Of a stretch of DNA of 64,000 nucleotides, positions 1 through 11,112 are shown piece after piece. Within the stretch, counting starts at the first letter, position 1; every line of letters starts with the position of its first letter. The position numbers were made by a program, and so were the translations under genes. The stretch is from NCBI GenBank assembly GCA_951406725.2, contig OX597832.1:51088001-51152000 (forward strand), given 5' to 3'. The notes under the pieces are model-generated. The model ran no database searches. It was not told the DNA's origin and worked only from the letters and a program-made list of their open reading frames with translations. This DNA is from Octopus vulgaris (lineage: Eukaryota).

Positions 1-209
1 AGTTCATTGGTGGACCCGCCATCGACATGGCTACTAAACTATGGAGGGGGACACAACCGGGTGCATCACCGAGTAACGGCTGCTTGATGACATTGGGCAT
101 AATATCAACAAGATTCCCATGATTGGAGGAGTCAGGCTGAGGCCGGAAATCAGACATCGGCTCCGGGTCTGGTAGCAATCGAGGTAAGAGTTCTGGCTTC
201 ATTCTGAAA
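1..209 (-). CDS. ZC3H13: ZC3H13-like exon, runs off the window edge (CFRMKPELLPRLLPDPEPMSDFRPQ...)
   Basis: Open in phase 2 to position 1 and GC-rich. It stays in frame with the previous exon only through the tttag acceptor at 210-211; the cag acceptor at 204-205 gives TG|A. Confidence 0.75.
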
Positions 210-920
210 CTAAACAAAGGAAAACCAAGATAAACACTTTCGCTTTAATCTTTAATTTAAAACTAAATAGAATTCAATGTGAGGTATACTTGCCATCTGA
301 ATATGGCTAACCACTAAGGGTGGGTGTTACTGTAGCTTGTAGCCACAGGAGAACATCGTCTCCAGCTGGCTTTAGGCACACTTTCTGTGCCCTTATGGTA
401 CTTGCAAAGGGAGGTCATCCTTCCCTCGTTAACCTAAGTGATACGCACGGACTGCAGTTTCTAGGTATTGACCTGTCTTCAGCGTACGACAATCACCAGT
501 TTTCGATGAAAAGGTGTTCCAATGCAAATATTTATATCGATTTTCCAGTATTTATAAATAAAATTCAACACAACCATAAATCATCCACAACAAATTATGT
601 GCAAAAATTACAATGTCCATTTGCCCATTTGTTGAATATAATACTTTGATTTCATATCTCAGACAATACAGACAGCTGTCACTTGTGATGAATATGACTG
701 AATAACATTTACCATGGTTTTATTAATTGTTTTAGGTGCCAATGTAGTTGTAAGCAGACATAGATACTCTCTTGACCCAGTGGAACAGCAAGGATGTGAC
801 AGCTGGAGAAAGAGAGAGCTGCACCAGCACCGGGCTTCTATGAATTTTCAGCTGAGTAGACTGGAGCAGCATGATATGAAGTACTTTGTTTAACTCTTTA
901 GCATTTAAACTGACCATATC

Positions 921-1333
921 AAAATCGTAATCAATCAACATCAATGGAATTTGTAGCTGTGATACAAGTGCCGGTGGCACGTAAGAGAACCATCTGAAAG
1001 TGGCCGTAGCCAGTGCCGCCCTGACTGGCCACTGTGCCGGCGGCACGTAAAAAGCACAATCTGATTGTGGCCGTTTCCAGCTTCATCTGGTCTCCATGTC
1101 GGTGGCACGTAAAAAGCACCATCTGATCGTGGCCGTTTACCAGCTTCGTCTGGCACGTAGAAAGCACCCACTACACTCACGGAGTGGTTGGCGTTAGGAA
1201 GGGCATCCAGCTGTAGAAACACTGCCAGATCAGACTGGGCCTGGTGCACCCTCCTGGCTTCCCAGACCCCAGTTAAACCGTCCAACCCATGCTAGCATGG
1301 AAAGCGGACGTTAAACGATGATGATGATGATGA
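921..1333 (+). mobile_element. SINE family A ((GAT)n-tailed), long copy, nested inside a TTAA-CCC MITE (about 889-1538)
   Basis: Conserved body 'ggagtggttggcgttaggaagggcatccagctgtagaaac...ccaacccatgctagcatggaaagcggacgttaaacgatgatgatg'. Internal tandem 'ggtggcacgtaaaaagcaccatc' units. More than 10 copies in the window. Confidence 0.85.
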
Positions 1334-1890
1334 TATCTGGTTCAAATATTCTACTTGTTTTATGTTCAAAGTGGCCAGATCCTGCTTTTCACACTTAACC
1401 TACAATATGACTCTAAAAAATAAACAAATACATCATCAAAATCTCAAAGCTACGAGAGATAATGCATGATTGATTCCAAACATGGTGGATAAATATGCAT
1501 TACAATCGAGAGAGTAATCTGAATACAAAAAGGGTTAAAGACACAAGGCACCACCTGATCCTGGAAATGAACTCACAACATCATGATCATGAGCCAAACA
1601 TCCTGACTACTCAGCCACATCCTTTTTTCCATGCTAGCATGAGTTAGATAAGTACATATTATTGAAGTATTGTTCTACAGCTGGATGCCCTTCCTTTACA
1701 AATACTTTTTTTTTTATTCTACCAGGCTTCCAAAGCACAAAACTAGCAGATGCATTACCGACAAGGAATATCATCAAAAAAATAGCCAACAATTCTCACA
1801 GACTCCTTCACCACACATTTTCTCTTCACAATAAGTTAACTTTCCATATTTCAGTAATTATATACAAAGATTAAAAGAATTTTAAGAAGA

Positions 1891-2300
1891 CATCATCATC
1901 ATCATCGTTTAACGTCCGTTTTCCATGCTAGCATGGGTTGGACGGTTCGCCTGGGGTCTGGGAAGCCAGGATCTGCACCAGACTCCAGTCTGATCTGGCA
2001 GAGTTTCTACAGCTGGATGCCCTTCCTAACGCCAACCACTCCAAGAGTGTAGTGGGTGCTTTTTATGTGCCACCGGCACAGTGGCCAGAGGAGGCTGGCA
2101 AACAGCCATGATCGGTTGGTGCTTTTTACATGTCACTGGCACAGACACCAGTCAAGGCGGCGCTGGCATCGGCCATGTTCGGATGGTGCATTTTTACATG
2201 CCACCAGTACGGGTATCACAACTACAATTTCCATTTGATTTTTATTTTGATGTTGATGTACTTGACTCAATAGGTCTCCTGAAGCACAGCAGGTCACCAG
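1891..2300 (-). mobile_element. SINE family A, long copy
   Basis: Reverse complement of the 921-1333 element, starting with (CAT)n. Confidence 0.85.
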
Positions 2301-2335
2301 TTAAAACAAAATTAAACATTCTATTGACTACTCAC

Positions 2336-2589
2336 CAAATATCTGATATTTCTTTATGGTGTCGATCCAGTAAAGTTCTATTGAGTGGTAGTCGAGGCAT
2401 TGTGGAGAGGTTTGGTTTCTCCCAGTGGTACCGACTATTTCTTTCTTTGTGAGGTTGCCACATCCGATACTCCTCTTTCGGATTGTGCATTTGACGTATT
2501 GGTTGAGGTATGAAGCCGCCTCGGCCAGGACTCCGTTTGAACCTATCTTCCTTAATGTGAGGCTCAATAATAGGGATTACAGGTTCTTG
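2336..2589 (-). CDS. ZC3H13: ZC3H13-like exon (QEPVIPIIEPHIKEDRFKRSPGRGG...KEISDI)
   Basis: Acceptor catttcag, donor TG|gtgagt. 254 nt, phase 0 to 2. Inside ORF 2332-2670. Confidence 0.83.
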
Positions 2590-2848
2590 CTGAAATGAGG
2601 CAATATAGTCAGTGGTTATTTTTAAGACATTGTTACATGGCCCAAGCTTGGGGCGGGGAAAGAAAAGCAAAATATTCTGCCGTCACACTGTAACTATATT
2701 CTTTTTTATTTTATTTGTTTCAGTCATTTGACTGCAGCCATGCTGGAGCACTGCCTTTAGTCGAACAAATCGACCCCAGAACCTATTCTTCGTAAGTCTA
2801 GTACTTATCCTACTGGTCTCTTTTGCTGAAGTGCTAAGTTACAGAGAC

Positions 2849-3165
2849 AGTGTTGGCGAATCTCAGGAAGCATGGAAATTTTGAAGGATGCAGTGCTCCG
2901 ACAACTAACAATTGATGCCGGCAGTTTGTTCTATGCTTCAAGCATCAGTTGTTAGTTGTTGGAGTACTGCATCCTTCAAAACTTCCATGCTTCCTGAGAT
3001 TCGCCAACACTACGCCAGATTTTCTCCCCTCCATACACACGCAAGCATGTATCTGACTCATACACTGTTCACTTCCCAGACATTTGTACATTAAGGCATA
3101 TGCTTTATACATACTTTTGACAAGTTGTGGTGCACCTGAGCACTGTATACAATAATTTCATTATT
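2849..3165 (+). mobile_element. CR1-group LINE 3' fragment with an inverted 5' segment, adjoining a partial family C SINE (about 2700-2848)
   Basis: 2942-3165 matches 26115-26345. 2849-2940 is the reverse complement of an overlapping part of the same element. Confidence 0.8.
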
Positions 3166-4302
3166 ATATATGTATGGGCTCCATTTGTCTGTTTCAGCAT
3201 GGATGCCCTTCTTAACACCAACCACTTTACAGAGTGTAGTGGCTGCTTTTACATAATACCAGCACAGGTGCTCTAACATAGCACCAGCATGGGTGCTTCT
3301 GTGTGGCAGCAGTATGGGTGCTTTTACATGGCACCAGCACCTATGAACCTGCAAGACTAGGCTGAGAGAGGGATGGTTGTAGAGGACCTGCCTGTATGCA
3401 TGGGCAGTCATGATTTTACTTAGCTTGATGTGTCCTCTCAAATACAGCAAACTCCCAGAAGTCTCAGTCCCTTGTTATCTCCTATGAGGCCCAACATCTA
3501 AAGATCTTCTCTAACCACTTTGTTCCATGTCTTCCTGAGTCTACCCCTTCCATACGTTCCCTCCTAAATTAGAGATCAGCAAAGTTTACAAATATTTTTA
3601 ACAGTAACTATAAGACAAAAATGGCATGTGTGTGTGTGTATACAATGGACTTGTGTACATTTTTCATTGACCAAATTTCATGAGGCTTTGATTAGCCTGA
3701 GGAGGACACTTTCTGAAGATGCCCAAGTAATGGATTCTCACCCAGAACTATGTGGTTGCAAAACAAACCTCTGAATCACACAGTCAGGCCACTGATTAAT
3801 TAGACTTACTATAAATGCAGGATAACTGGATATAAACCCTGAAGCCATTAGGTTATGTGAAGGAGTTAAATAGTTACTCTTAATTTATACTCCATAAACT
3901 AAAAAAACGGGAGCAAGTACTCATATCAATGAAGAATAATTAGGCTTAAATGTCTAATGTGACACTTCTGCCTCCACAAAAAGACTTGTAAATTGCTGGA
4001 GTTTTTGGGAAGGAGGGGTCCATTGTTTACAAAACATTTTCTTCTTCAACATATTTACTTTGATAATAACATCAAATGTTTAAAATCAAGTCAAATATAC
4101 ATAAAGTATTAGGTTTAAATTTCTCTCCCTCTGAAGTAGAGAAAATTTTTCCCTATAAATCCAAACACACAGCATCAATATGATACACAGTAATACACAA
4201 CTGGAATGAAGATATTTAAAATTATGAGCAGAGGACCAGATTATTTTCTCTTTGTTCTTTTAGTGAGTTTGAGACAATAGAGCAGAAGCTTTAAATGCTT
4301 AC

Positions 4303-4430
4303 CTGGGGTTCCTCAGGCCGATTCAAAATATCATCAGCAGACTCATCATCAGACCAATCACTGAAAGTGAGTTCTTGGTTCTGAGACGGTTGAGCTGAAG
4401 GCTTATCTTTCTCATCATGCGAAGCAGCTA
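4303..4430 (-). CDS. ZC3H13: ZC3H13-like exon with FSDWSDDE motif
   Basis: NAGNAG acceptor (ttctag/tag), donor CAG|gtaag. 128 nt, phase 1 to 0. I recall an SDWSDE motif in vertebrate ZC3H13. Confidence 0.87.
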
Positions 4431-4531
4431 CTAGAAATAAAAGCAAACATGTATGTGTAAGCTAATTTGAATCATAAACTCGGATTTAAAGAAAAGAGAG
4501 GATAGTTATGATGCAGCTACAGTAATTAAAA

Positions 4532-4895
4532 TCTCTATATATATAAATGGCAAAATGTCTGTGTGCGTGTCCTTTATACAAATCCACAATTTTTCAGTTA
4601 GAGAGCTCGCACTTTCTATGGTCATTCAAAACTGTCCAAGGGTGGTCGTGCACATCTTTACATTTCCCCTGTCACCCCGCAAAGCCATTAAAAAATCAAT
4701 AGAAATGACTTTTTTGTGAATTTTCTATCCAAAATCCAATCAAAATGCCTGAAACTTGATATGCCAAATGAATGCCAGCTAGCTGTATGTGATTGGTCGG
4801 AGATTTGGACAATACTCGCGTGTACGTGCGCATGCATGCAGCTGTATATGCATGCACTAGCACTATGATTCGGCGTTGCTGGGTCATAGTGCTAG
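4532..4895 (+). mobile_element. Non-autonomous Helitron
   Basis: 5' a|TCtctatatatataaat, 3' GC-rich hairpin followed by CTAG|t. Sits between A and T with no TSD. Confidence 0.75.
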
Positions 4896-5577
4896 TGATA
4901 AATAAAAAGGTTTCACAACAATCAAACAGGCATGGTTATGTGGTTAGGAACCATGTGGCTTTTGATTTGATCCCAATGTGTGGTAGCTTGGGCAAGTGTA
5001 TTCCACTATAGCCTCAAGACGACCAATAATCAATGAGTAAAATTTGGTAGACAGAAACTGCATGGAAGCCCCATGCACACATGTGCCTGTGTCATTGAGA
5101 AATGAGTGTAACAAACAATAAATTCCGTAAGTTCAGTGTGTTGAACAAAAATTTCCTTGTAGTGTTTATTCTGCCTCAGTTGTACAGAGACTCCCTTCTC
5201 ACTATCATTATCAGAAATGCAGTGAACCAGTGACTGGCTCTTTGGAAACTTATTATCAATGACACTAATGTTCACAAATGAACAATATAATTCACACCTT
5301 AACAATAATACTGCCATCACCATCACCACCAGCTTCATCACAACCATCATTCACTCCACTACTAAAGCATTCTCTATTGTATGAGTCTTGGCTTACTTGT
5401 TGCTTAATTTTACTGATTATTCCCACTTAGTAACAAAGTCTACTTTCATTTTTTGAGAAAAAATGATGCCCCACTGTGCAGCACCTTGGGTATCTTCTAC
5501 CATTGCTCCCAGTTCAACCAAAGCATTGTGAGTGGATTTGGTAGATGGAAACTGAAAGAAACAACACAACTACAAAC

Positions 5578-5719
5578 CTTTTGGAGATACCCCATGACAA
5601 ACACGCTTCTTATCTTTCCCGTCCAGAGATGGAGATTTCGATGAAGATCGCTTTCTTTTCTCTTTCTTCTTTGGTCTGAGCTTTCTCATCATCAGACCTT
5701 TTACATCATCATAGAGTAA
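5578..5719 (-). CDS. ZC3H13: ZC3H13-like exon (LLYDDVKGLMMRKLRPKKKEKRKRSSSKSPS...)
   Basis: Acceptor tttttatacag, donor AAG|gtttgt. 142 nt, phase 0 to 1. The other two frames are closed. Basic, NLS-like stretch. Confidence 0.82.
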
Positions 5720-5983
5720 CTGTATAAAAAAAACAACTAGTGAGTGAGGGGGGAAAAAGGTGAAAAGAAATTTTCCGGACAATAACTGTGTTATACATAG
5801 TAAAGATCGATATATTCTTAAGTATAAGGGTAAAAATCTGATGCTTAGCTCTGAATTCATGAACATTAAGCAGATGACGAACAAATCTCTTAAGATAGGA
5901 CATCTGCTTATCAACAAATAACATTCTAATAAGATTAGGTAGTTATTGCCCTTTAAATAAAGAAACACACAACTGTCTTTCTT

Positions 5984-6175
5984 AGAGATACACTTAAATG
6001 TTTTACAGAGATTCACTCAAATGTCTTACGTAGAAATACTTTTAAGGGTCCTTCCCAAAGATGCATTTAAATGTCCTATCCAGAGGACTAGAGGATAAAC
6101 TTAAATGTCTTACTAAGTGATACCCTAAAGTGTCCCACCTAGCAATACTCCTATGCATCCCACCCAGAGATAAAT
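5984..6175. repeat. Decayed minisatellite, unit about 25 bp
   Basis: About 7-8 diverged copies of 'agagatacacttaaatgtcttacc'. Confidence 0.55.
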
Positions 6176-6918
6176 ACATCATATTCAAAAGAATTCATCC
6201 TTACAAACATCGAACATTCTATTAACTTCAGAATCAATGCTGTTTAGAATGGCTGTCAGAATTTACCAAATATCTCAGACTGACCACAAGTACAAGGCAT
6301 GAAAGCAGAGTCTTTGTGTAAGAGTTTAGTCACTTGTCAATTAATTTTACAATGGTAGATGATAGATATTGACTAAGTAAAATCTAAATTTAAGAAATTT
6401 ATTAGCACCATGCTCTTTGAAAACAAAGAAAATTTACAGATACTTTTGACTGCTCAAGTTATCCTTCTTTTTAAACCTGTTTTTATAATTCAACGTGACA
6501 ACTCTGTTACTCTTACAAACTCACTTTCAATAAGAACCTATCCATGATTAAAGTTTGGGATTGCAATATTATTAATACTTTTTATTGCAAACAGTTCACA
6601 GCTAAATGTGTGTCATCCAAATACAAAAATTCTCATATCTAAATTCTGAAGTGCTTCATGAATGAAGCAAACGAAAAATAAGTGGAACTTATTATACAGA
6701 TGTGTTGGGTTCTTTGAAAGAGAAATAAAGTTTTTGGCTATCAGCCATATCCACAATGGGAAAAAAAAAATGAAGAGTGAACAAATGAAACTATTGCATT
6801 TTTAGCAGCAAAACTAGCCCAACTATCATTCTATGGCTGAGTGGTTGAAATTGTTGAAAAATCTTTCTAAATTTGAAGGTCCTGACAATATAGAAATGAG
6901 TGAGAGGTACTAAAAATA

Positions 6919-7290
6919 TTTAACTCTTTAGCATTCAGGTAACTCTTTCAAATGTAATGCTTAGTTTGTTTATATTGTTTTGAATTAATCATGCATTATC
7001 TCATAGCTTCAAGAATTTGTTGATGTGATTGCTTATTTTTAGAATGATATTGTAGAGTAGGTGTGAGAGGCCAGATCTCTTATAGAATATTTGGGCTGGA
7101 TATGGCTGGTTTAACCCTTTAGTATTCAAACCAGTCATATCCGCTCTAAATATTCTACCTGTTTTTATGTCCAAATCAACCAGATTCACCCTTTCACACC
7201 TACCCTACAATGTTATTCTAAAAGTAAACAATAATATCACTGAAACCACAAGATAATACATGATTAATTCAAAGCAATGTGATAGAATAA
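6919..7290. mobile_element. Two abutting TTAA-CCC/CTC-terminated MITE copies (piggyBac-like ends)
   Basis: 'ttaactctttagcattc...' and 'ttaacccttt agtattcaaaccagtcatatcc...'. Same family as 22036-22262, 34690-34911 and 44692-44900. Confidence 0.65.
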
Positions 7291-7319
7291 TCTAAATGCT
7301 AAATGGTTTTAAAAAAAAG

Positions 7320-7574
7320 GCACCGGTGGCACGTAAAAAGCACCATCCGATCGTGGCCGTTTGCCAGCCTCGTCTGGCACCTGTGCCGGTGGCACGTAAA
7401 AAGCACCCACTACACTCATGGAGTGGTTGACGTTAGGAAGGGCATCCAGCCGTCGAAACATTGCCAGATCAGACTGGGCCTGGTGCAGCCTTCTGGCTTC
7501 CCAGACCCCGGTTGAACCGTCCAACCCATGCTAGCATGGAAAGCGGACGCTAAACGATGATGATGATGATGATG
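7320..7574 (+). mobile_element. SINE family A
   Basis: Family A body with (GAT)n tail. Confidence 0.85.
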
Positions 7575-7629
7575 AGGTAAGAACAAACATCAATATTTAC
7601 AAGTATTATTTATATTTGATAGTGTTTAG

Positions 7630-7954
7630 CAGTGTTTCTCAACTATTTTTTTTTTATCTATGGATCCCTTTGATTATTATTTTATTCTCTATGGACCCCT
7701 ATAGCCATTCAATGTTTAAAAACTAGTTTTATAGAAACTTCTATTAAAATTCCTATTTTGTTATTCCCTCATTAACTTGTGTAGGTTGAAGTATGAAAAT
7801 GTTAGAGAAAAAAAACCTAGCTGTTTCTTGCATTACATACATTTAGATTAAAACTTTTCACGGACCCTTAAAATACTACTGTGGGCCCAAATTTACCATT
7901 TCACTAGTGTGGACCCTACAAAAGTCTTATATGGACACCAGTTGAGAACCACTG
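7630..7954. mobile_element. hAT (Charlie/MER5-like) MITE
   Basis: TIRs cagtgtttctcaac / gttgagaaccactg. 8-bp TSD gtgtttag / gtgtatag. Confidence 0.8.
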
Positions 7955-8093
7955 GTGTATAGTATTTCCATATAAACATCAGCAAAAACATCCAAATGAA
8001 CATTATTAACAAGATAGAAATGGCATCTACAATTTATTTCAAACAGTCATGAATGATCGAATGATTAAAGAGTAAAGATATAAAACATCTTAC

Positions 8094-8484
8094 CGGATTA
8101 TCAACATCCTTAGGCTTCTCAGGGTCCTTAACTTTCAACCTGTCTGCTTCTTTATCTAAGAACTCTTTCTCTCTCATACCCCTACCAGGATCCCACTCTT
8201 TGCCTCTTTTCTTGTCAAGAATATGTTTGGGAAGTGGAGATCTTTGTCTGGCTCCGGGCCAAGGGCTACCATCAGGAAGAGGCCCTTCCTTTTCTCTCAA
8301 CAAATCATTTTGATTTGGAGGCCACCGGTTATGAATCCATTCTCGGTTTACAGGTGGATCTGGGCGATGTTCCCCAACACTGCTGTGGCTGTGGAAAGAC
8401 TCTACTGGTGATGTATCTCTGTGATGCTTCAATGAAGGTGACCGAGACCGAGCCTGGTCAGGTTCTTGATCTCTAGGGCGCTTT
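8094..8484 (-). CDS. ZC3H13: ZC3H13-like exon (RKRPRDQEPDQARSRSPS...DVDNP)
   Basis: Acceptor tttacag, donor CCG|gtaag. 391 nt, phase 2 to 0. Inside ORF 8034-8546. Confidence 0.87.
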
Positions 8485-8676
8485 CTGTAAAGGTAAATAA
8501 AACAATAATCAGTAGAGCACAAGGCCTTGGATTTATAGAGCAACAAAAATGAGACTAGGTGATGCTGATGGCTTTATGGATACTGTTTATATTAGTTGGA
8601 CTGTTGTCCTCATCTTGATAGTACTTTCACTGTTTCAGTTGTTATACAAACCAGCCTTTTTCAGGTGTTTTGTATT

Positions 8677-8905
8677 CATCATCATCATCATTGTTTAACG
8701 TCCGTTTTCCATGCTAGCATGGGTTGGACGGTTTTGACTGAGGCTGGGGAACCAGATGGCTGCACCAGGCTCCAGTCTTGATCTGGCAGAGTTTCTACAG
8801 CTGGATGCCCTTCCTAACACCAACCACTCTGAGAGTGTAGTGGGTGCTTTTTACGTGCCACCTGCATGGGGGCCAGTCAGGCGGTACTGGCAATGACCTT
8901 GCTCG
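8677..8905 (-). mobile_element. SINE family A
   Basis: (CAT)n followed by the reverse-complement family A body. Confidence 0.85.
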
Positions 8906-8910
8906 AACCC

Positions 8911-9250
8911 TTTATTTGATCTCCAGGGGCACACTGCTCTCATTCTGCTCTCTGCGTTTTGTGACATTTTTTTGCTTCAGTTGAATCATGTGAATTACAT
9001 TAGTGCCTTACCTGAGATTGAACTCAGAGCATCTAGGTGTCTGCACTGCATTAACCAATGTCTTCATCTATGAGCAGAGCACAGTAGATAAAGACATTGG
9101 TTAATGCAGTGCAGTCATTTAGAGGTTCTGAGTTCAATTCCAGGTAAGGCACTAAGGTAATTCATGTAACTGAACTAAAGCAAAAAAAAAAAAATGTTAC
9201 AAAATGCAGAGAGCCGAATAAGAGCAGTGTACCCCTGTAGATCAAATAAA
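8911..9250. repeat. Fold-back inverted repeat, arms about 160 bp, containing a tRNA-SINE-like head
   Basis: tttatttgatct...aatgtcttcatcta pairs with tagataaagacatt...agatcaaataaa. B-box-like 'gagttcaattcc' in each arm. Confidence 0.85.
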
Positions 9251-9405
9251 TGTTTAAAGGGTTAAATTCGAAATTCTGATACAACAACCAAGTTCAACGC
9301 AAGATACCTGAAGAAAACATAGTGAAAGCAACACTCAAGATGAGGCATTAGTCTGACTACTATAAACAGCAAACATAATATAAATTCTTCATCTCAGAAA
9401 TATAG

Positions 9406-9551
9406 GGCAATCCTTCAGTATAGGTACCGTAAGTGGCTTTGTTTACATTTCTGAAGAAAACAGAAACTCTTTACTCCCACCCTAACCCCTTATATATATA
9501 AAAAAAAACACTTTCTTGAAATGTTTCCGGTACCTATACCGAAGTTACGCC
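9406..9551. mobile_element. GG-terminated MITE with 8-bp TSD (Merlin-like)
   Basis: Imperfect TIR ggcaatccttcagtataggtaccg / cggtacctataccgaagttacgcc. TSD aaatatag. Internal ccctaaccc. Confidence 0.65.
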
Positions 9552-9919
9552 AAATATAGAATTGTTTTTCTCAAGGAAAATCAGTAGCACAAACTAAATG
9601 AAATGGTTTCAACTATGAACTGAGTAAGAGTTTTAGAATCAGCCTGGCAGGAGGTTATATTTACCGACATATTACAATGCAAAAGTAAGCCTTAGAAAGA
9701 AAAATTTCTTTAAAACAAAAAAAAAAAAAAATCAACATTATTGTTTCTTAACCCTTTTGTTGTCACATTTCTATAAAAAAAAAAAACACTGCATTTGTTT
9801 TTGTTAATTTTGAAAATAATGAAGAATTTAGTAAAATAACTTCAATTAATAAACATATTGGTCTTCAGAGCATAAATTAGCAAGCAATTTTGATGAAAAT
9901 TTTTGATTAAGAATTTTTT

Positions 9920-10090
9920 TTTGTGTATTTGTGTAAGTACTATGTTTATTTTTTGTGTGTATATGTATGTGTTCATGTGTGTATGTATATTTGTATATGT
10001 TTATGTGCATGTATGTATATTTGTGTATGTATGTATGAGTATACACAGATACACATATATATACAGTACTTACACAAATATACATACATA
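9920..10090. repeat. Compound (TG/TA)n microsatellite
   Basis: Degenerate tgtatgta/tgtg runs followed by taca runs. Confidence 0.85.
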
Positions 10091-10167
10091 AAAATGTTAT
10101 ACGGAAATTGCCAAACAAACACCTTCATTATCATGATACTTTAACCAAAAGATTGCCAGATAATTAC

Positions 10168-10579
10168 CTTCTGTCTAATCGTTCTTTCTCTCCAGGGGAT
10201 ACATTACGCTTGTCCAGCCTGTCCTCCAGCTTTGGTTCATCTTTACGCAACTCAGGCCTACGAGGCCCTTCACCAGGCTGTCTACTCTCCCAACGGTCAG
10301 TTCGCATGTCAATGCGGTCGGGTGTCATTAATAACCCGGTGCCCAGTTCCGGACGCCGATCATACAACTCCTCTGCATCTCTCCGTCCGTTTCTCCAGTC
10401 ATCCCGACCGTCCGGTCGTCTCGTACGCCGCATATCTGGAATGTCATGTAGTTCCTGTCGAGGATCATCATGACCTGGAAGACTCCTCTCGTTTCTGTGA
10501 TCAGACCATTCTGGTGGCTCAGGACCGAAATAATCATCCCGGTGACGCTCCCATTCTGATCTCCTGCTAGGACGCTCTG
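10168..10579 (-). CDS. ZC3H13: ZC3H13-like exon (AERPSRRSEWERHRDDYFGPEPPEW...RLDR)
   Basis: NAGNAG acceptor (ttccag/cag), donor AG|gtaatt. 412 nt, phase 1 to 2. Overlaps ORF 10164-10433. Confidence 0.87.
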
Positions 10580-10836
10580 CTGGAATAGAAAATTTATCTA
10601 AAAAGCATATAAAAAAAACAAAAAAAAAAACATTTACTGTGGCTCAGAGAGGAGAAGCCAAAAGTAGTCAGACATGGAAATATACAAATAATATAGAACA
10701 ATACAGCAGAAGGTTACAACATTTGAGGTGTTAGAAATGAAAATTAATAGAATACAGGCATGGTTGTGTGGCCACACAGTTCCAAATTTGTTCTCACTGT
10801 AGCTTCAGGTTATCCAATACCTTGTGAATGAGATTT

Positions 10837-11112
10837 CATCATCATCATCATCATCGTTTAGCGTCCGCTTTTCATGCTAGCATGGGTTGGACGGTTCAAC
10901 TGGGGTCTGGGAAGCCAGAAGGCTGCACCAGGCCCAGTCTGATCTGGCAATGTTTCTACGGCTGGATGCCCTTCCTAACGCCAACCACTCCGTGAGTTTA
11001 GTGGGTGCTTTTTACGTGCCACTGGCAAATGGCCACAATCGGATGGTGCTTTTTACGTGTCACCGGCACGGGGGCCAGGCAAGGCTGGCAACGGCCACGA
11101 ACGGATGGTGCT
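10837..11112 (-). mobile_element. SINE family A
   Basis: (CAT)n followed by the reverse-complement family A body. Confidence 0.85.

Noticed and set aside
320-649. 109-aa plus-strand ORF
   Set aside because: Non-ATG start, no recognisable domain and no splice support. Probably an intronic repeat remnant.
732-1285. Recurring ORFs such as MDGLTGVWEARR... and MLAWVGRFD...
   Set aside because: Translations of SINE family A copies, recurring at 7309, 10887 and 15276. Not genes.
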